DNA of 43,243 nucleotides from NCBI GenBank assembly GCA_040755575.1, contig JBFMAS010000502.1, forward strand, positions 1 to 43,243, written 5' to 3'. The translations under genes were made by a program, and so were the position numbers. Below are positions 21,543 to 43,188 of this stretch, one piece after another; within the stretch, counting starts at the first letter, position 1; each line of letters starts with the position of its first letter. The stretch is from Thermodesulfobacteriota bacterium. GTDB taxonomy: Bacteria > Desulfobacterota > Binatia > UBA12015. The notes below the pieces were generated by a model. That model was not told where the DNA came from, did not search any database, and worked only from the letters and a program-made list of their open reading frames with translations.

Positions 21543-22061
21543 TCAAGCCGCGCCGAGCTCGGCCGCTTCCTTGTTGCGGACGCGCGCCACCTGCTCGGGC
21601 GAGCGCAGCATCGAGAGCGCCGTGATGGTCGCGCGCACCATGTTGTGCGGGTTGTTCGAGCCGATGCACTTGGTCAGCACGTTCTGCACGCCGGCCGCCT
21701 CGACCACCGCGCGCACGCCGCCGCCGGCGATCACCCCGGTGCCGGGACCCGCCGGGCGCATCATGACGATGCCGGCGCCGAAGCGACCCACCACCTCGAA
21801 CGGGATCGTGCCCTCGTTGAGCGGGACGGTCATCAACGCCTTCTTCGCCTTGTCGATGCCCTTGCGGATCGCCTCGGGCACCTCCTTCGCCTTGCCGAGG
21901 CCGAAGCCGACGTGCCCGGCGCCGTCGCCGACGACCACCAGCGCGCCGAAGCGGAAGCGCCGGCCGCCCTTCACCACCTTGGCGACGCGGTTGATGCTGA
22001 CGACCTTTTCCTTGAGCTCGAGCCCGTGGGGATCCACGCGTTCACCCGTCGTTACCTGCAC
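21543..22061 (-). CDS. rpsE: 30S ribosomal protein S5
   Basis: Track ORF 21543..22061 (172 aa): [49 protein letters not shown]. Confidence 0.98.
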   Translation of the reverse strand: MQVTTGERVDPHGLELKEKVVSINRVAKVVKGGRRFRFGALVVVGDGAGHVGFGLGKAKEVPEAIRKGIDKAKKALMTVPLNEGTIPFEVVGRFGAGIVMMRPAGPGTGVIAGGGVRAVVEAAGVQNVLTKCIGSNNPHNMVRATITALSMLRSPEQVARVRNKEAAELGAA

Positions 22062-22107
22062 CGCTCGACTCCTTCGCGCTCGCGGTCACCTGCCAAGCCG
22101 TACCGGA

Positions 22108-22476
22108 TCAAAACTGAAGTCCCCCTTCGCGTGCCGCCTCGGCGAGAGTGCGCACGCGACCGTGGTAGAGAAAGCCGTTGCGGTCGAAGACGACCTGCGC
22201 GATGCCGGCGTCCTTCGCGCGCCGCGCGACGAGCTGCCCCACCTCGCGCGCCGCCTGCTTGTTGCCCGACTTGCCGCCGAGCTTGTCGCGCACCTCCGGC
22301 GACAGGCTCGACGCGGATACCAGCGTGCGTCCGGACTCGTCCGAGATGACCTGCGCGTAGATGTGCTTCAGGCTGCGGAACACCGTCAGGCGCGGGCGCT
22401 GGTCGGTGCCTTGCAGCCGCTTGCGGACGCGGGCCTGGCGCAGCGCGCGGCCCGGAGATCTCAGATTGGTCAACAT
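22108..22476 (-). CDS. rplR: 50S ribosomal protein L18
   Basis: Track ORF 22108..22476 (122 aa): [31 protein letters not shown]...[28 protein letters not shown]. Confidence 0.97.
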   Translation of the reverse strand: MLTNLRSPGRALRQARVRKRLQGTDQRPRLTVFRSLKHIYAQVISDESGRTLVSASSLSPEVRDKLGGKSGNKQAAREVGQLVARRAKDAGIAQVVFDRNGFLYHGRVRTLAEAAREGGLQF

Positions 22477-22487
22477 CGCAACGTTCC

Positions 22488-23030
22488 TCAGGCCGCTCCC
22501 GCCGCCTTGCCGGACTTCCTCCGGATCGTCTCCTCGGCGTACTTGATCCCCTTGCCCTTGTAGGGCTCGGGCGGGCGCAGCTCGCGGATCGCCGCGGCGG
22601 TCGCGCCGATGAGCTGGCGGTCGGAGCCCTCGAGCGTGATGACGGTCTGCTTGTCGATCTTGGCCGTGATGCCATCCGGCAGCTGGAACAGGATCGGGTG
22701 CGAGTAGCCGAGGGTGAGCAGGATCGCCTTGCCGCGCACGTCCGCGCGGTAGCCGACGCCGTTGATCTCGAGGACGCGCGTGAAGCCCGTGCTCACACCC
22801 GTCACGCCGTTGAACAGGCTCTTGCGCGTGAGACCGTGCAGGGCGCGCACCTGCCGTCCGTCGCCCTCGCGCGCCACGTGCAGCTCCTCGCCCTCCTGGC
22901 GCACGGTGACCTTGGGCGGCACCGTCACGGAGGTCGCGCCGCGCGGCCCCTTGATCTCCACCGAATCCGGCTTCACGGCGACGCTCACCCCCTTGGGAAG
23001 CTTCACCGGAAGTCGTCCTATGCGAGACAT
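22488..23030 (-). CDS. rplF: 50S ribosomal protein L6
   Basis: C-terminal 180 codons of track ORF 22488..23351: [31 protein letters not shown]...[10 protein letters not shown]...LTLGYSHPI...[14 protein letters not shown] at 23030-23028. Confidence 0.97.
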   Translation of the reverse strand: MSRIGRLPVKLPKGVSVAVKPDSVEIKGPRGATSVTVPPKVTVRQEGEELHVAREGDGRQVRALHGLTRKSLFNGVTGVSTGFTRVLEINGVGYRADVRGKAILLTLGYSHPILFQLPDGITAKIDKQTVITLEGSDRQLIGATAAAIRELRPPEPYKGKGIKYAEETIRRKSGKAAGAA

Positions 23031-23076
23031 CGCTTCACCTTCCTCGTCGCAGATCCTCGAACGGCTCCGCCGACCC

Positions 23077-23472
23077 TCACCACACCGCGCACAGGATCTC
23101 GCCGCCGACCTTGCGCTCGCGCGCCACACGGTCCGGCAGGATACCCTGCGGCGTGGAGAGGATGTTGACGCCGAGGCCGCGTCGGACCTTCGGTGCCGTG
23201 TCGGCGCCGACGTAGACGCGCAGGCTCGGGCGGCTGACGCGCTGCAGGCCGGTGATGACCGGGCGGCGCTGCGCGTCGTAGCGCAGGCCGATCCGGATCT
23301 CCTTGCTCGGCCCTTCGCCGACCACCGTGTAGTCCTTGAGGTAACCTTCATCGACGAGGACCGCCGTGAGGCGCTCCTTCACCTTCGACCACGGTACGTC
23401 GACGCGGTCCTTGCGCGCGTGGCTGCCGTTGCGGATGCGCGTCAGGAGGTCGGCAATGGGATCGGTCATCAT
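23077..23472 (-). CDS. rpsH: 30S ribosomal protein S8
   Basis: C-terminal 131 codons of track ORF 23077..23586: MMTDPIADLLTRIRNGSHARKDRVDVPWSKVKERLTAVLVDEGYLKDY...GLGVNILSTPQGIL...GGEILCAVW. Confidence 0.97.
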   Translation of the reverse strand: MMTDPIADLLTRIRNGSHARKDRVDVPWSKVKERLTAVLVDEGYLKDYTVVGEGPSKEIRIGLRYDAQRRPVITGLQRVSRPSLRVYVGADTAPKVRRGLGVNILSTPQGILPDRVARERKVGGEILCAVW

Positions 23473-23477
23473 GGGTG

Positions 23478-23663
23478 CTACCAGCTCGCCTTCGTCACGC
23501 CCGGGATCTGGCCCTTGCGTGCGAGCTCGCGCAGGCAGATCCGGCACAGCTTGAACTTGCGGTAGAAGCCGCGCGCACGACCGCACGAGAGGCAGCGGTT
23601 GTACCTGCGCACCTCGAACTTCGGAGGCCGCGCCGCTTTGATCCGGAGACAGGTCTTCGCCAT
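23478..23663 (-). CDS. rpsN: 30S ribosomal protein S14, short zinc-binding (type Z) form
   Basis: Track ORF 23478..23663 (61 aa): [61 protein letters not shown], with a C-x2-C-x12-C-x2-C motif. Confidence 0.97.
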   Translation of the reverse strand: MAKTCLRIKAARPPKFEVRRYNRCLSCGRARGFYRKFKLCRICLRELARKGQIPGVTKASW

Positions 23664-23702
23664 TCGTCGTTCCTACTGTTCCTCGTGGGCTCGCTGCCGC
23701 TC

Positions 23703-24311
23703 TCAGCTCCGGAACGGCATGCCGAGCGCCCGCAGCAGCGCCTTGCCCTCGCTGTCCGTGCGCGCCGTGGTGCAGATGGTGACGGTGAGGCCCCGCACCT
23801 TGTCGATCTTGTCGATGTCGATCTCGGGAAAGATGATCTGCTCGGTGATCCCGAGAGAATAGTTGCCGCGGCCGTCGAAGCTGCGGTCCGAGACGCCTTT
23901 GAAGTCGCGCACGCGGGGCAGCGCGACCGACAGCAGCCGATCGAGGAACTCGTACATGCGGCTGCCGCGCAGGGTGACCATCGCGCCGATCGGCATCTTC
24001 TCGCGCAGCTTGAAGTTCGCGATCGCCTTCTTGGCGCGCGTCACCACCGGCTTCTGGCCCGTGATCGCCGTCAGCTCGGCCACCGCGGAGTCGAGCACCT
24101 TGACGTTCTGAATCGCCTCGCCGAGGCCGACGTTGAGGACGATCTTCTCGAGCCGCGGCACCTGCAGCGGGTTCTTGAGCCCGAGCTCGGTCTGGAGCTG
24201 GGCCGCGAGCCGCTCGGTGTAGGCCTTCTTGAGTCTCGGAACCATCTGCTGCCGCTTTCCGTCCTTCGCCGCCTTCGCCGGCTGCGCAGCTTCCTGAGCG
24301 CCGTCGGTCAT
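23703..24311 (-). CDS. rplE: 50S ribosomal protein L5 (start ambiguous: 24311 or 24245)
   Basis: Track ORF 23703..24311 (202 aa): ...[44 protein letters not shown]...[11 protein letters not shown]...GNYSLGI. ATG 24311 overlaps the rplX TGA (ATGA). Internal ATG 24245 would give a canonical-length L5. Confidence 0.93.
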   Translation of the reverse strand: MTDGAQEAAQPAKAAKDGKRQQMVPRLKKAYTERLAAQLQTELGLKNPLQVPRLEKIVLNVGLGEAIQNVKVLDSAVAELTAITGQKPVVTRAKKAIANFKLREKMPIGAMVTLRGSRMYEFLDRLLSVALPRVRDFKGVSDRSFDGRGNYSLGITEQIIFPEIDIDKIDKVRGLTVTICTTARTDSEGKALLRALGMPFRS

Positions 24312-24679
24312 CGGTCGATCACCTCGGCACAGCGATGGCAGCGCCGCGCGAGCTCGCCGTTCTCGAGGCGCTTCATCCCGATGCGCGTCGGCTTGTTGCA
24401 GCGGTCGCAGATCAGCATCAGGTTCGACAGGTGCAGCGCCGCCTCGCGCTCGATGATGCCGCCGGCCGTCTGCGCGGTGCGCCCCTTGCGGTGACGCTTC
24501 ACCATGTTGAGCCGCTCGACGGTGGCGCGGTTCTTCTCGCCGATCACCCGCAGGATCTTGCCGGTCTTGCCGCGCTCCTTGCCGGCGATCACCAGCACCG
24601 TGTCGCCCTTCTTCAGGCGGGTCGGGATGCGGACGGGACGCTCGCCGCTGCCCGCTCGGTTCTTCGTAGCCGCGCTCAT
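24308..24679 (-). CDS. rplX: 50S ribosomal protein L24 (C-terminal four-Cys ribbon)
   Basis: Track ORF 24308..24679 (123 aa): [23 protein letters not shown] (KOW motif)...[47 protein letters not shown]. Confidence 0.95.
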   Translation of the reverse strand: MSAATKNRAGSGERPVRIPTRLKKGDTVLVIAGKERGKTGKILRVIGEKNRATVERLNMVKRHRKGRTAQTAGGIIEREAALHLSNLMLICDRCNKPTRIGMKRLENGELARRCHRCAEVIDR

Positions 24680-24681
24680 TC

Positions 24682-25050
24682 TCAGATGACCTCGGGCGCG
24701 AGCGAGACGATCTTCATGAACCGCTTCGCGCGCAGCTCGCGCGCGATCGGGCCGAAGATGCGCGTCCCGACCGGCTCACCTTCCTTGTCGATCAGCACCG
24801 CCGAGTTGTTGTCGAAGCGGATGTAGGAGCCGTCGGGCCGACCGACCTCCTTCGCCGTCCGCACGACGACCGCCTTGACGACGTCTCCCTTCTTCACCTT
24901 GGAGTTCGGCGTCGCCTCCTTCACCGAGCCCACGATCACGTCGCCGAGCGACGCGTAGCGCCGCCGGCTGCCCCCGAGCACCTTGATGCAGAGCACCTTG
25001 CGCGCGCCGGAGTTGTCGGCGACGTCGAGCAGCGTTTCCGTCTGGATCAT
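24682..25050 (-). CDS. rplN: 50S ribosomal protein L14
   Basis: Track ORF 24682..25050 (122 aa): [40 protein letters not shown]...[10 protein letters not shown]...[13 protein letters not shown]. Confidence 0.98.
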   Translation of the reverse strand: MIQTETLLDVADNSGARKVLCIKVLGGSRRRYASLGDVIVGSVKEATPNSKVKKGDVVKAVVVRTAKEVGRPDGSYIRFDNNSAVLIDKEGEPVGTRIFGPIARELRAKRFMKIVSLAPEVI

Positions 25051-25068
25051 GTCGCGCCTCGGTCGTCC

Positions 25069-25326
25069 CTACTGCTGCGCCCTGCGCAGGATCGACTTGA
25101 CGGCCCAGCGCTTGTCGCGCGACAGCGGCCGGGTCTCGATGATCTCGACCAGGTCGCCGACGTTGCAGGCGTTGCGCTCGTCGTGTGCCTTGAACTTGTT
25201 CCGGACGCGCAGATACTTCTTGTACTTCGGGTCCTTGACGAGGCGCTCCACCAGGACCACCACCGTCTTGTCCATCTTGTTCGAGGACACGACCCCCGAA
25301 CGATGCTTGCGATGTGCCGTCGTCAT
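25069..25326 (-). CDS. rpsQ: 30S ribosomal protein S17
   Basis: Track ORF 25069..25326 (85 aa): [67 protein letters not shown] overlaps the rpmC TGA. Confidence 0.97.
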   Translation of the reverse strand: MTTAHRKHRSGVVSSNKMDKTVVVLVERLVKDPKYKKYLRVRNKFKAHDERNACNVGDLVEIIETRPLSRDKRWAVKSILRRAQQ

Positions 25327-25550
25327 GCCGAACGCCCCGCCTTCGATGTTCCGCGCTCGCCGCGCTGGCCTCGCTCGCGCTGCAGCGTCAGCACGCGAGC
25401 CAGGTCGCGGCGCACGCCGCGCGCCTTCATCTTGTTCTCGATCTGTCCCGTTGCGCCGCGCAGGCGAAGGCGGAAGACCTCCTCGCGCATCTCGCGCTCC
25501 TTCTGCGCGAGCTCGGCGTCGCCGAGGTCCCTGAGGTCCTTAGGCCGCAT
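25323..25550 (-). CDS. rpmC: 50S ribosomal protein L29
   Basis: C-terminal 75 codons of track ORF 25323..25637: [59 protein letters not shown]... ATG 25550-25548 overlaps the 3' end of rplP by 11 nt. Confidence 0.93.
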   Translation of the reverse strand: MRPKDLRDLGDAELAQKEREMREEVFRLRLRGATGQIENKMKARGVRRDLARVLTLQRERGQRGERGTSKAGRSA

Positions 25551-25959
25551 GGTGTGCTCTCTCGATGAACTCGGTCGGGATCGAGATCTTGTGCGACGCG
25601 AGGCGGAACGCCTCCTTCGCGACCGCACGATCGACACCTTCCATCTCGAAGATCATCCGGCCGGGCTTGATCACGCAGACCCACAGCTCGGGCGAGCCCT
25701 TGCCCTTGCCCATGCGCGTCTCGGCCGGCTTCTTGGTGAGCGGCTTGTCGGGGAACACGCGGATCCAGACGCGCCCGCCGCGCTTGATGTGGCGGGTGAG
25801 CGCGATACGCGCCGCCTCGAGCTGACGGGCCGTGAGCCAGCCGCGGTCGAGGGCCTTCAAGCCGTAGTCGCCGAACGCGAGCGACGCGCCGCGATATGCG
25901 GTCCCGCCCCGGCGGCCCTTCTGGTGCTTGCGAAACTTGATGCGCTTCGGCGCTAGCAT
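25540..25959 (-). CDS. rplP: 50S ribosomal protein L16
   Basis: Track ORF 25540..25959 (139 aa): [19 protein letters not shown]...[47 protein letters not shown]. Confidence 0.98.
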   Translation of the reverse strand: MLAPKRIKFRKHQKGRRGGTAYRGASLAFGDYGLKALDRGWLTARQLEAARIALTRHIKRGGRVWIRVFPDKPLTKKPAETRMGKGKGSPELWVCVIKPGRMIFEMEGVDRAVAKEAFRLASHKISIPTEFIERAHHAA

Positions 25960-25973
25960 GATTCAGCCTCGCG

Positions 25974-26633
25974 TCAGGCGCCGACCGCCTGGCGCTGCTC
26001 CTCCTCGCGGGTCAGCACGTCGCCGCGCATGACCCACGCCTTGATCCCGATGACGCCGTACGTCGTCTTCGCCTCGGCGAAGCCGTAGCTGATGTCCGCG
26101 CGCAGCGTGTGCAGCGGGACGCGTCCCTCGCGGTACCACTCGCGGCGCGCGATCTCGGTGCCGCCGAGGCGGCCCGAGCACTGGATGCGGACGCCCTGGG
26201 CGCCCATGCGCATCGCACGGGCGACCGCTTCCTTCATCGCGCGGCGGAACGCGACGCGGCGCTCGAGCTGCAGCGCGACGTTCTCGGCGACCAGCTGCGC
26301 GTCGATGTCCGGACGGCGCACCTCGATGATGTTGATGTAGGTTTCCTTGCCCATGAGCTTGTTCAGCTCGGCCTTGAGCTTCTCGATCTCGGCGCCCTTC
26401 TTGCCGATCACGATGCCCGGGCGGGCGGTGTGGATGTTCACCTTGGCCTTGTTCGCGGCGCGCTCGATCTCGATCTTCGAGATCCCGGCGTGGTACAGGC
26501 GCTTCTTCAGGAACCGGCGCACGCGCACGTCCTCGTGCAGCAGCGTCGCGTAGTCGCGGCTCGCGAACCAGCGCGACTCCCAGTTCTCGATCACGCCGAC
26601 CCGGAAACCCTTCGGGTGTGTCTTCTGTCCCAT
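25974..26633 (-). CDS. rpsC: 30S ribosomal protein S3
   Basis: Track ORF 25974..26633 (219 aa): [24 protein letters not shown]...[17 protein letters not shown]...[28 protein letters not shown]. Confidence 0.98.
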   Translation of the reverse strand: MGQKTHPKGFRVGVIENWESRWFASRDYATLLHEDVRVRRFLKKRLYHAGISKIEIERAANKAKVNIHTARPGIVIGKKGAEIEKLKAELNKLMGKETYINIIEVRRPDIDAQLVAENVALQLERRVAFRRAMKEAVARAMRMGAQGVRIQCSGRLGGTEIARREWYREGRVPLHTLRADISYGFAEAKTTYGVIGIKAWVMRGDVLTREEEQRQAVGA

Positions 26634-26655
26634 GTGCTCCCTACCGCCCGCGTGC

Positions 26656-26991
26656 TCAGGCGCGCTCGTCGACGACCAGCGTCACGTGCGCGGTCCGCTT
26701 GAAGATCCGCGTCGCCCGACCCTGCGCGCGCGGCAGCGTGCGCTTCTGGGTCGGACCCTCGTCGACGTAGGCCTTCTTGACGTAGAGCTGGTCGACGTCG
26801 ACGTTCTGGGTGTTCTCCGCGTTGGCCACCGCCGAGCGCAGCGTCTTGGCGATGAGCCGCGCCGCCTTCTTCGGGGTGAAGTCGAGGACGGAGAGCGCCT
26901 CGCCCACCGCGCGGCCGCGGATCAGGTCCACGACCAGGCGCGCCTTGCGCGCGGAGATGCGCATGTAACGTGTTCTCGCTCGGACTTCCAT
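26656..26991 (-). CDS. rplV: 50S ribosomal protein L22
   Basis: Track ORF 26656..26991 (111 aa): [37 protein letters not shown]...[28 protein letters not shown]. Confidence 0.97.
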   Translation of the reverse strand: MEVRARTRYMRISARKARLVVDLIRGRAVGEALSVLDFTPKKAARLIAKTLRSAVANAENTQNVDVDQLYVKKAYVDEGPTQKRTLPRAQGRATRIFKRTAHVTLVVDERA

Positions 26992-27031
26992 CGCCGTCTC
27001 GCGTTTCTCCCCGACTCGTCCTTCGCCTGCC

Positions 27032-27328
27032 TCAGCGCTTGACCGCCGCGCCCTTGACCTCGGTCTTCCGATCGCCGGAGTGGCCGTGGAAGGTGCGCGT
27101 CGGAGCGAACTCTCCGAGCTTGTGGCCCACCATGTTCTCGGTGATGAACATGGGGATGAACTTGCGTCCGTTGTGCACCGCGATCGTGTGCCCGAGCATG
27201 TCGGGAACGATCGTCGAGCGGCGCGACCAGGTGCGGATCACGCGCTTCTCCCCGCTGGAGTTCATCGCGTCGACCTTCTTGAGAAGGTGGTCGTCGACGA
27301 AGGGTCCCTTCTTGACCGAACGCGGCAT
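27032..27328 (-). CDS. rpsS: 30S ribosomal protein S19
   Basis: Track ORF 27032..27328 (98 aa): [19 protein letters not shown]...[53 protein letters not shown]. Confidence 0.98.
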   Translation of the reverse strand: MPRSVKKGPFVDDHLLKKVDAMNSSGEKRVIRTWSRRSTIVPDMLGHTIAVHNGRKFIPMFITENMVGHKLGEFAPTRTFHGHSGDRKTEVKGAAVKR

Positions 27329-27342
27329 GATCTACGGGTTCC

Positions 27343-28175
<833 letters not shown>

Positions 28176-28179
<4 letters not shown>

Positions 28180-28466
28180 GCCCCCTCGAAGAAGTCGATG
28201 CGCTGCCCTTCGGCGAGCGTCACGTAGGCCTTCTTCCAGTCCGAGCGGCGGCCGAACGAGCGGCCCACGCGGCGGGTCTTGCCCAGCACGTTCACCGTCC
28301 GGACCTTGACCACCTTGACGTTGAAGAACTGCTCGACCGCCTGCTGGATCTCCACCTTGTTGGCGTCGCGCGCGACCTTGAACAGAACCTGGTTCGCCTG
28401 CTCGTTGACCAGCGTTCCCTTCTCGGTGATCAGCGGCGAGCGGATGATCTGCGAGTAGTGCTTCAT
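28176..28466 (-). CDS. rplW: 50S ribosomal protein L23
   Basis: C-terminal 96 codons of track ORF 28176..28910: [52 protein letters not shown]...[11 protein letters not shown] overlaps the rplD TGA. Confidence 0.96.
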
Positions 28467-29119
28467 GCCTCGAGCCTCGTTTCGAGTCTGTCGGCAAGCG
28501 CCTGCATCGCGTCCTGCGTCAGCAGCAGGTGCCGGTGCTTGAGCACGTCGTAGACGTTCACGCCGGCGCTGCGCAGGACCTTGACGTTCTTCAGGTTGCG
28601 CGCCGCGCGCTCGAGGCTCGTGTTCTCGTCCTTGCTGACGATCAACACGCTGCCCTCGAGGCCGAGCGCCGAGAGCATCTCGACGACGCGCTTGGTCTTC
28701 GCCTCCGGGAGCTCGATCTTGTCGACCAGCGTCAGCGCGCCGCTGCGCTGACGGTCGGACAGCACGGCGCGCAGCGCCACGCGGCGCGCCTTGGCGGGGA
28801 CGCGGTAGCCGTAGTCGCGCGGCTGCGGTCCGAAGATCGTCGCGCCGCCGGCCCACAGCGGCGAGCGGTTGCTGCCGGCGCGCGCACGTCCCGTGCCCTT
28901 CTGGCGCCACGGCTTTGCACCGCCGCCGGAGACGAAGCCGCGCGTCTTGGTCGCATGGGTGCCTGCGCGGCGGCTCGCCTGCTGCATGTGCACCACCTCG
29001 TAGACGAGGTGATCGCGCGCCTTCTCCTGGAACGCCGACGGCAGGGCGACCTCCCCCTTGCTGCCGCCGTCGATGCCGCGCAGCGGGGCGCGCAGGTCTT
29101 CACTCTGCGTCGCGCTCAC
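28463..29119 (-). CDS. rplD: 50S ribosomal protein L4
   Basis: Track ORF 28463..29119 (218 aa): [50 protein letters not shown] start overlaps the rplC TGA. Confidence 0.97.
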   Translation of the reverse strand: MSATQSEDLRAPLRGIDGGSKGEVALPSAFQEKARDHLVYEVVHMQQASRRAGTHATKTRGFVSGGGAKPWRQKGTGRARAGSNRSPLWAGGATIFGPQPRDYGYRVPAKARRVALRAVLSDRQRSGALTLVDKIELPEAKTKRVVEMLSALGLEGSVLIVSKDENTSLERAARNLKNVKVLRSAGVNVYDVLKHRHLLLTQDAMQALADRLETRLEA

Positions 29120-29796
29120 TGCTCGGTCCCTCCCGGCTCGCCGGCGGGCCGCACGACGACGTAGCCGCCACGCGGTCCGGCGACCGCGCCGCGCACGAGG
29201 ATCAGGTTCTGCTCGTTGCGCACCTGGACGACGGTAAGGTTGCGCGTCGTGACGCGGTCGTGACCGTAGCGGCCGGCCATGCGCTTGCCCTTGAAGACGC
29301 GTCCCGGGAACGAGCGGTTGCCGATCGAGCCGCCGTGGCGAAAGTACTCGTGGGTGCCGTGCGTGCCGGGGAAGCCGCCGAAGCCGTGCCGCTTGATGAC
29401 GCCGCTGTAGCCGCGGCCCTTGGTCGTGCCGGTGACGTGCACCTTCTCGCCGTCCTTGAACAGGTCGGCGACGGTGAGCGTCGTCCCGAGCTCGAGGTTC
29501 TCACCGCCCTGGAACTCGCGCAGCAGGGAGAACGTGCCCTTGCCTGCCTTCGCCGCGTGACCGACCGCGGCCTTGGTCTCGCGGTGCGGCTTCGACGGTG
29601 CGAAGCCCAGCTGGACCGCGGTGTAGCCGTCGCGGTCGGGCGTCTTGCGCTGCACGACGACGCACGGACCCGCTTCGATCACGGTCACCGGAACGGAGCG
29701 CCCCGTCGGCAGCAGGAGCTGCGTCATGCCGATCTTCTTGCCGAGCAGGCCCAGCTTCTTGCGCGCCGGGACGGCCACTGCGTCAGCGGTTGCCAT
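29116..29796 (-). CDS. rplC: 50S ribosomal protein L3
   Basis: Track ORF 29116..29796 (226 aa): [13 protein letters not shown]...[13 protein letters not shown]...[19 protein letters not shown]...[16 protein letters not shown]. Confidence 0.97.
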   Translation of the reverse strand: MATADAVAVPARKKLGLLGKKIGMTQLLLPTGRSVPVTVIEAGPCVVVQRKTPDRDGYTAVQLGFAPSKPHRETKAAVGHAAKAGKGTFSLLREFQGGENLELGTTLTVADLFKDGEKVHVTGTTKGRGYSGVIKRHGFGGFPGTHGTHEYFRHGGSIGNRSFPGRVFKGKRMAGRYGHDRVTTRNLTVVQVRNEQNLILVRGAVAGPRGGYVVVRPAGEPGGTEQ

Positions 29797-29845
29797 GGGC
29801 GAGCCCCTTCGTGGCTGAACGGAACATCTCTACGGTCCTGCGGTC

Positions 29846-30154
29846 CTACTGGAGTTTGATCTCGACATCGACGCCCGCGGACAGGTCGAGCTTCCCGAGG
29901 GCGTCGATCGTCTGCTGCGTCGGGTCGAGGATGTCGAGGAGCCGCTTGTGCGTGCGGATCTCGAAGTGCTCGCGAGACTTCTTGTCGACGTGCGGCGAGC
30001 GGTTCACCGTGAAGCGCTCGATGCGCGTCGGCAGCGGAATGGGGCCGGCGAGCCGGCCCCCCGTACGGCGCACGGTCTCCACGATCTCCCGGACGGACTG
30101 GTCCAGCAGCCGGTAGTCGTACGCCTTGAGTCGAATTCGAATTTTGTCGTTCAC
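29846..30154 (-). CDS. rpsJ: 30S ribosomal protein S10
   Basis: Track ORF 29846..30154 (102 aa): [74 protein letters not shown] start lies 10 nt after the tuf stop. Confidence 0.98.
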   Translation of the reverse strand: MNDKIRIRLKAYDYRLLDQSVREIVETVRRTGGRLAGPIPLPTRIERFTVNRSPHVDKKSREHFEIRTHKRLLDILDPTQQTIDALGKLDLSAGVDVEIKLQ

Positions 30155-30164
30155 GACCCGGCGC

Positions 30165-31355
<1,191 letters not shown>

Positions 31356-31407
31356 TGCTGCTCTCTCCCAATGTTCGCCGAAGTGACTCTCCGGCGATCT
31401 TCCTTCC

Positions 31408-33489
<2,082 letters not shown>

Positions 33490-33538
33490 GGAAGCTAACG
33501 ACCTTGATCCCCGGCCCCGGTGCAGCAGGCTGCGCCGA

Positions 33539-34009
33539 TCACCACCGGTAATGGGCGAAGGCGTTGTTCGCCTCCGCCATGCGATGGGTGTCTTCCTTCT
33601 TCTTCACCGCGTTGCCGCGCATGTTGGCCGCGTCGAGGAGCTCGCCCGCGAGGCGCTCGGCCATCGACTTCTCGTGGCGCGCGCGGCTCGACTGCACGAG
33701 CCAGCGCATGCCGAGCGCGACCCGGCGGGGCTGCCGCACCTCGACGGGGACCTGGTAGGTGGCACCGCCGACGCGGCGCGAGCGCACCTCCACCGCCGGC
33801 TTCACGTTGTCGAGGGCACGCTTGAAGATCCCGAGCGGGTCCTCCTGCGTCTTCTCGGCGATCGAGTCGAGCGCGCCGTAGAAGATGCGCTCGGTGAGAC
33901 TCTTCTTGCCACCGAGCATCATGGTGTTCATGAACTTGGTGACCAGCCGGTCGTGATACTTCGGGTCCGGCAGAACGTCTCGCCGGCCCACTTCACCTTT
34001 ACGTGGCAT
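33539..34009 (-). CDS. rpsG: 30S ribosomal protein S7
   Basis: Track ORF 33539..34009 (156 aa): [47 protein letters not shown]...[19 protein letters not shown]...AHYRW. Confidence 0.98.
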   Translation of the reverse strand: MPRKGEVGRRDVLPDPKYHDRLVTKFMNTMMLGGKKSLTERIFYGALDSIAEKTQEDPLGIFKRALDNVKPAVEVRSRRVGGATYQVPVEVRQPRRVALGMRWLVQSSRARHEKSMAERLAGELLDAANMRGNAVKKKEDTHRMAEANNAFAHYRW

Positions 34010-34027
34010 ACGTATTCAGCTTCATGC

Positions 34028-34080
34028 GCCCGTCGCGCGCTGCGCGGCCGGGCTCGGTTTCGGGAGTCGGCGAAACCCGG
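34028..34080 (-). promoter_or_regulatory. Two overlapping GC-rich stem-loops in the rpsL-rpsG spacer (function unknown)
   Basis: Minus strand, 34080-34048: CCGGG-TTTCG-ccgactcc-CGAAA-c-cgag-CCCGG, about 10 bp with a bulge. Minus strand, 34053-34028: GCCCG-gc-CGCGC-agc-GCGCG-a-CGGGC, two 5-bp helices. The two share the CCGGGC segment at 34048-34053, so they are mutually exclusive. Confidence 0.3.
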
Positions 34081-34167
34081 ACCGGTCGCCCGGGCGCCTC
34101 GGCTTTGCGCTTCCCCCTGCCTGTGCGGTGGCTTGCCCCCTCGAAACTACCTACGAATCGACTCGAC

Positions 34168-34539
34168 CTACTTGGGCCGCTTGGCGCCGTACTTCGATCG
34201 GCCGCGCTTGCGGTCCTGCACCCCGACGGCATCGAGCGTCCCGCGGATGATGTGGTAGCGGACGCCCGGCAGGTCCTTCACGCGGCCGCCGCGGATCAGG
34301 ACGACCGAGTGCTCCTGCAGGTTGTGACCGATGCCGGGAATGTACGAGGTCACCTCGATCCCGTTGGTCAGCCGCACGCGCGCCACCTTGCGCAGCGCCG
34401 AGTTCGGCTTCTTCGGGGTCGAGGTGTACACGCGGGTGCACACGCCTCGCTTCTGCGGTGACTTCTGGAGCGCGGGCGTCGCCATCTTGCGGCGCTGCTT
34501 CTCGCGCCCCTTGCTCACCAATTGATTGATCGTCGGCAT
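34168..34539 (-). CDS. rpsL: 30S ribosomal protein S12
   Basis: C-terminal 123 codons of track ORF 34168..34671: [103 protein letters not shown] at 34539-34537. The upstream 44 codons of the track ORF lie ahead of the universally conserved S12 N-terminus. Confidence 0.98.
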   Translation of the reverse strand: MPTINQLVSKGREKQRRKMATPALQKSPQKRGVCTRVYTSTPKKPNSALRKVARVRLTNGIEVTSYIPGIGHNLQEHSVVLIRGGRVKDLPGVRYHIIRGTLDAVGVQDRKRGRSKYGAKRPK

Positions 34540-34746
34540 CCGTTCTCTCTGCAGATCTCTTTCCGGCCCTTGGTGCTTCCTGCCCGCGTACCCTTCGCCG
34601 GACCGCGCCCTCGCGCCGATCCTGCGGCCCTGCAACCCGTCCCCCGCACCGGCGCCAGGAGCAGCCGGCACCTCACCGGCGCCCCACGGACGTGGGCGGG
34701 AAAAAATCGCTAAAGCGGAGGACTGTAGGGAACTAGGGATTGACTG

Positions 34747-38967
<4,221 letters not shown>

Positions 38968-38986
38968 CTCGTTCTCATCCTCGCCG

Positions 38987-39016
38987 ATGGGCCACCGGTC
39001 GCGGGACCGGTGCCAT
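38987..39016 (-). other. GC-rich stem-loop in the rpoB-rpoC spacer
   Basis: Minus strand reads ATGG-CACCGGTC-ccgc-GACCGGTG-gc-CCAT. This is a perfect 8-bp stem with a 4-nt loop, extended by 4 bp across a 2-nt bulge. It lies about 20 nt upstream of the rpoC ATG and about 45 nt after the rpoB stop. Confidence 0.4.
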
Positions 39017-39060
39017 CGTCGTCAGTCTTTCGTCAGCTCGTCGCAGCGTTCGCTCTCGCA

Positions 39061-43188
<4,128 letters not shown>

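Noticed and set aside
33999-34232. Minus-strand ORF of 77 aa spanning the rpsL 3' end, the spacer and the rpsG start. This includes a possible 8-codon uORF (MKLNTYAT) overlapping the rpsG ATG.
   Set aside because: It has no SD and an Arg/Ser/Gly/Pro-rich composition, and it overlaps two conserved genes out of frame. The mini-uORF is too short to support without ribosome-profiling data.
34681-34706. Possible intrinsic terminator downstream of rpoC, formed by a hairpin and a T6 or A6 tract.
   Set aside because: On the transcribed (minus) strand the T-tract precedes the hairpin rather than following it. On the plus strand the hairpin is followed by A residues. Neither orientation gives a canonical terminator.
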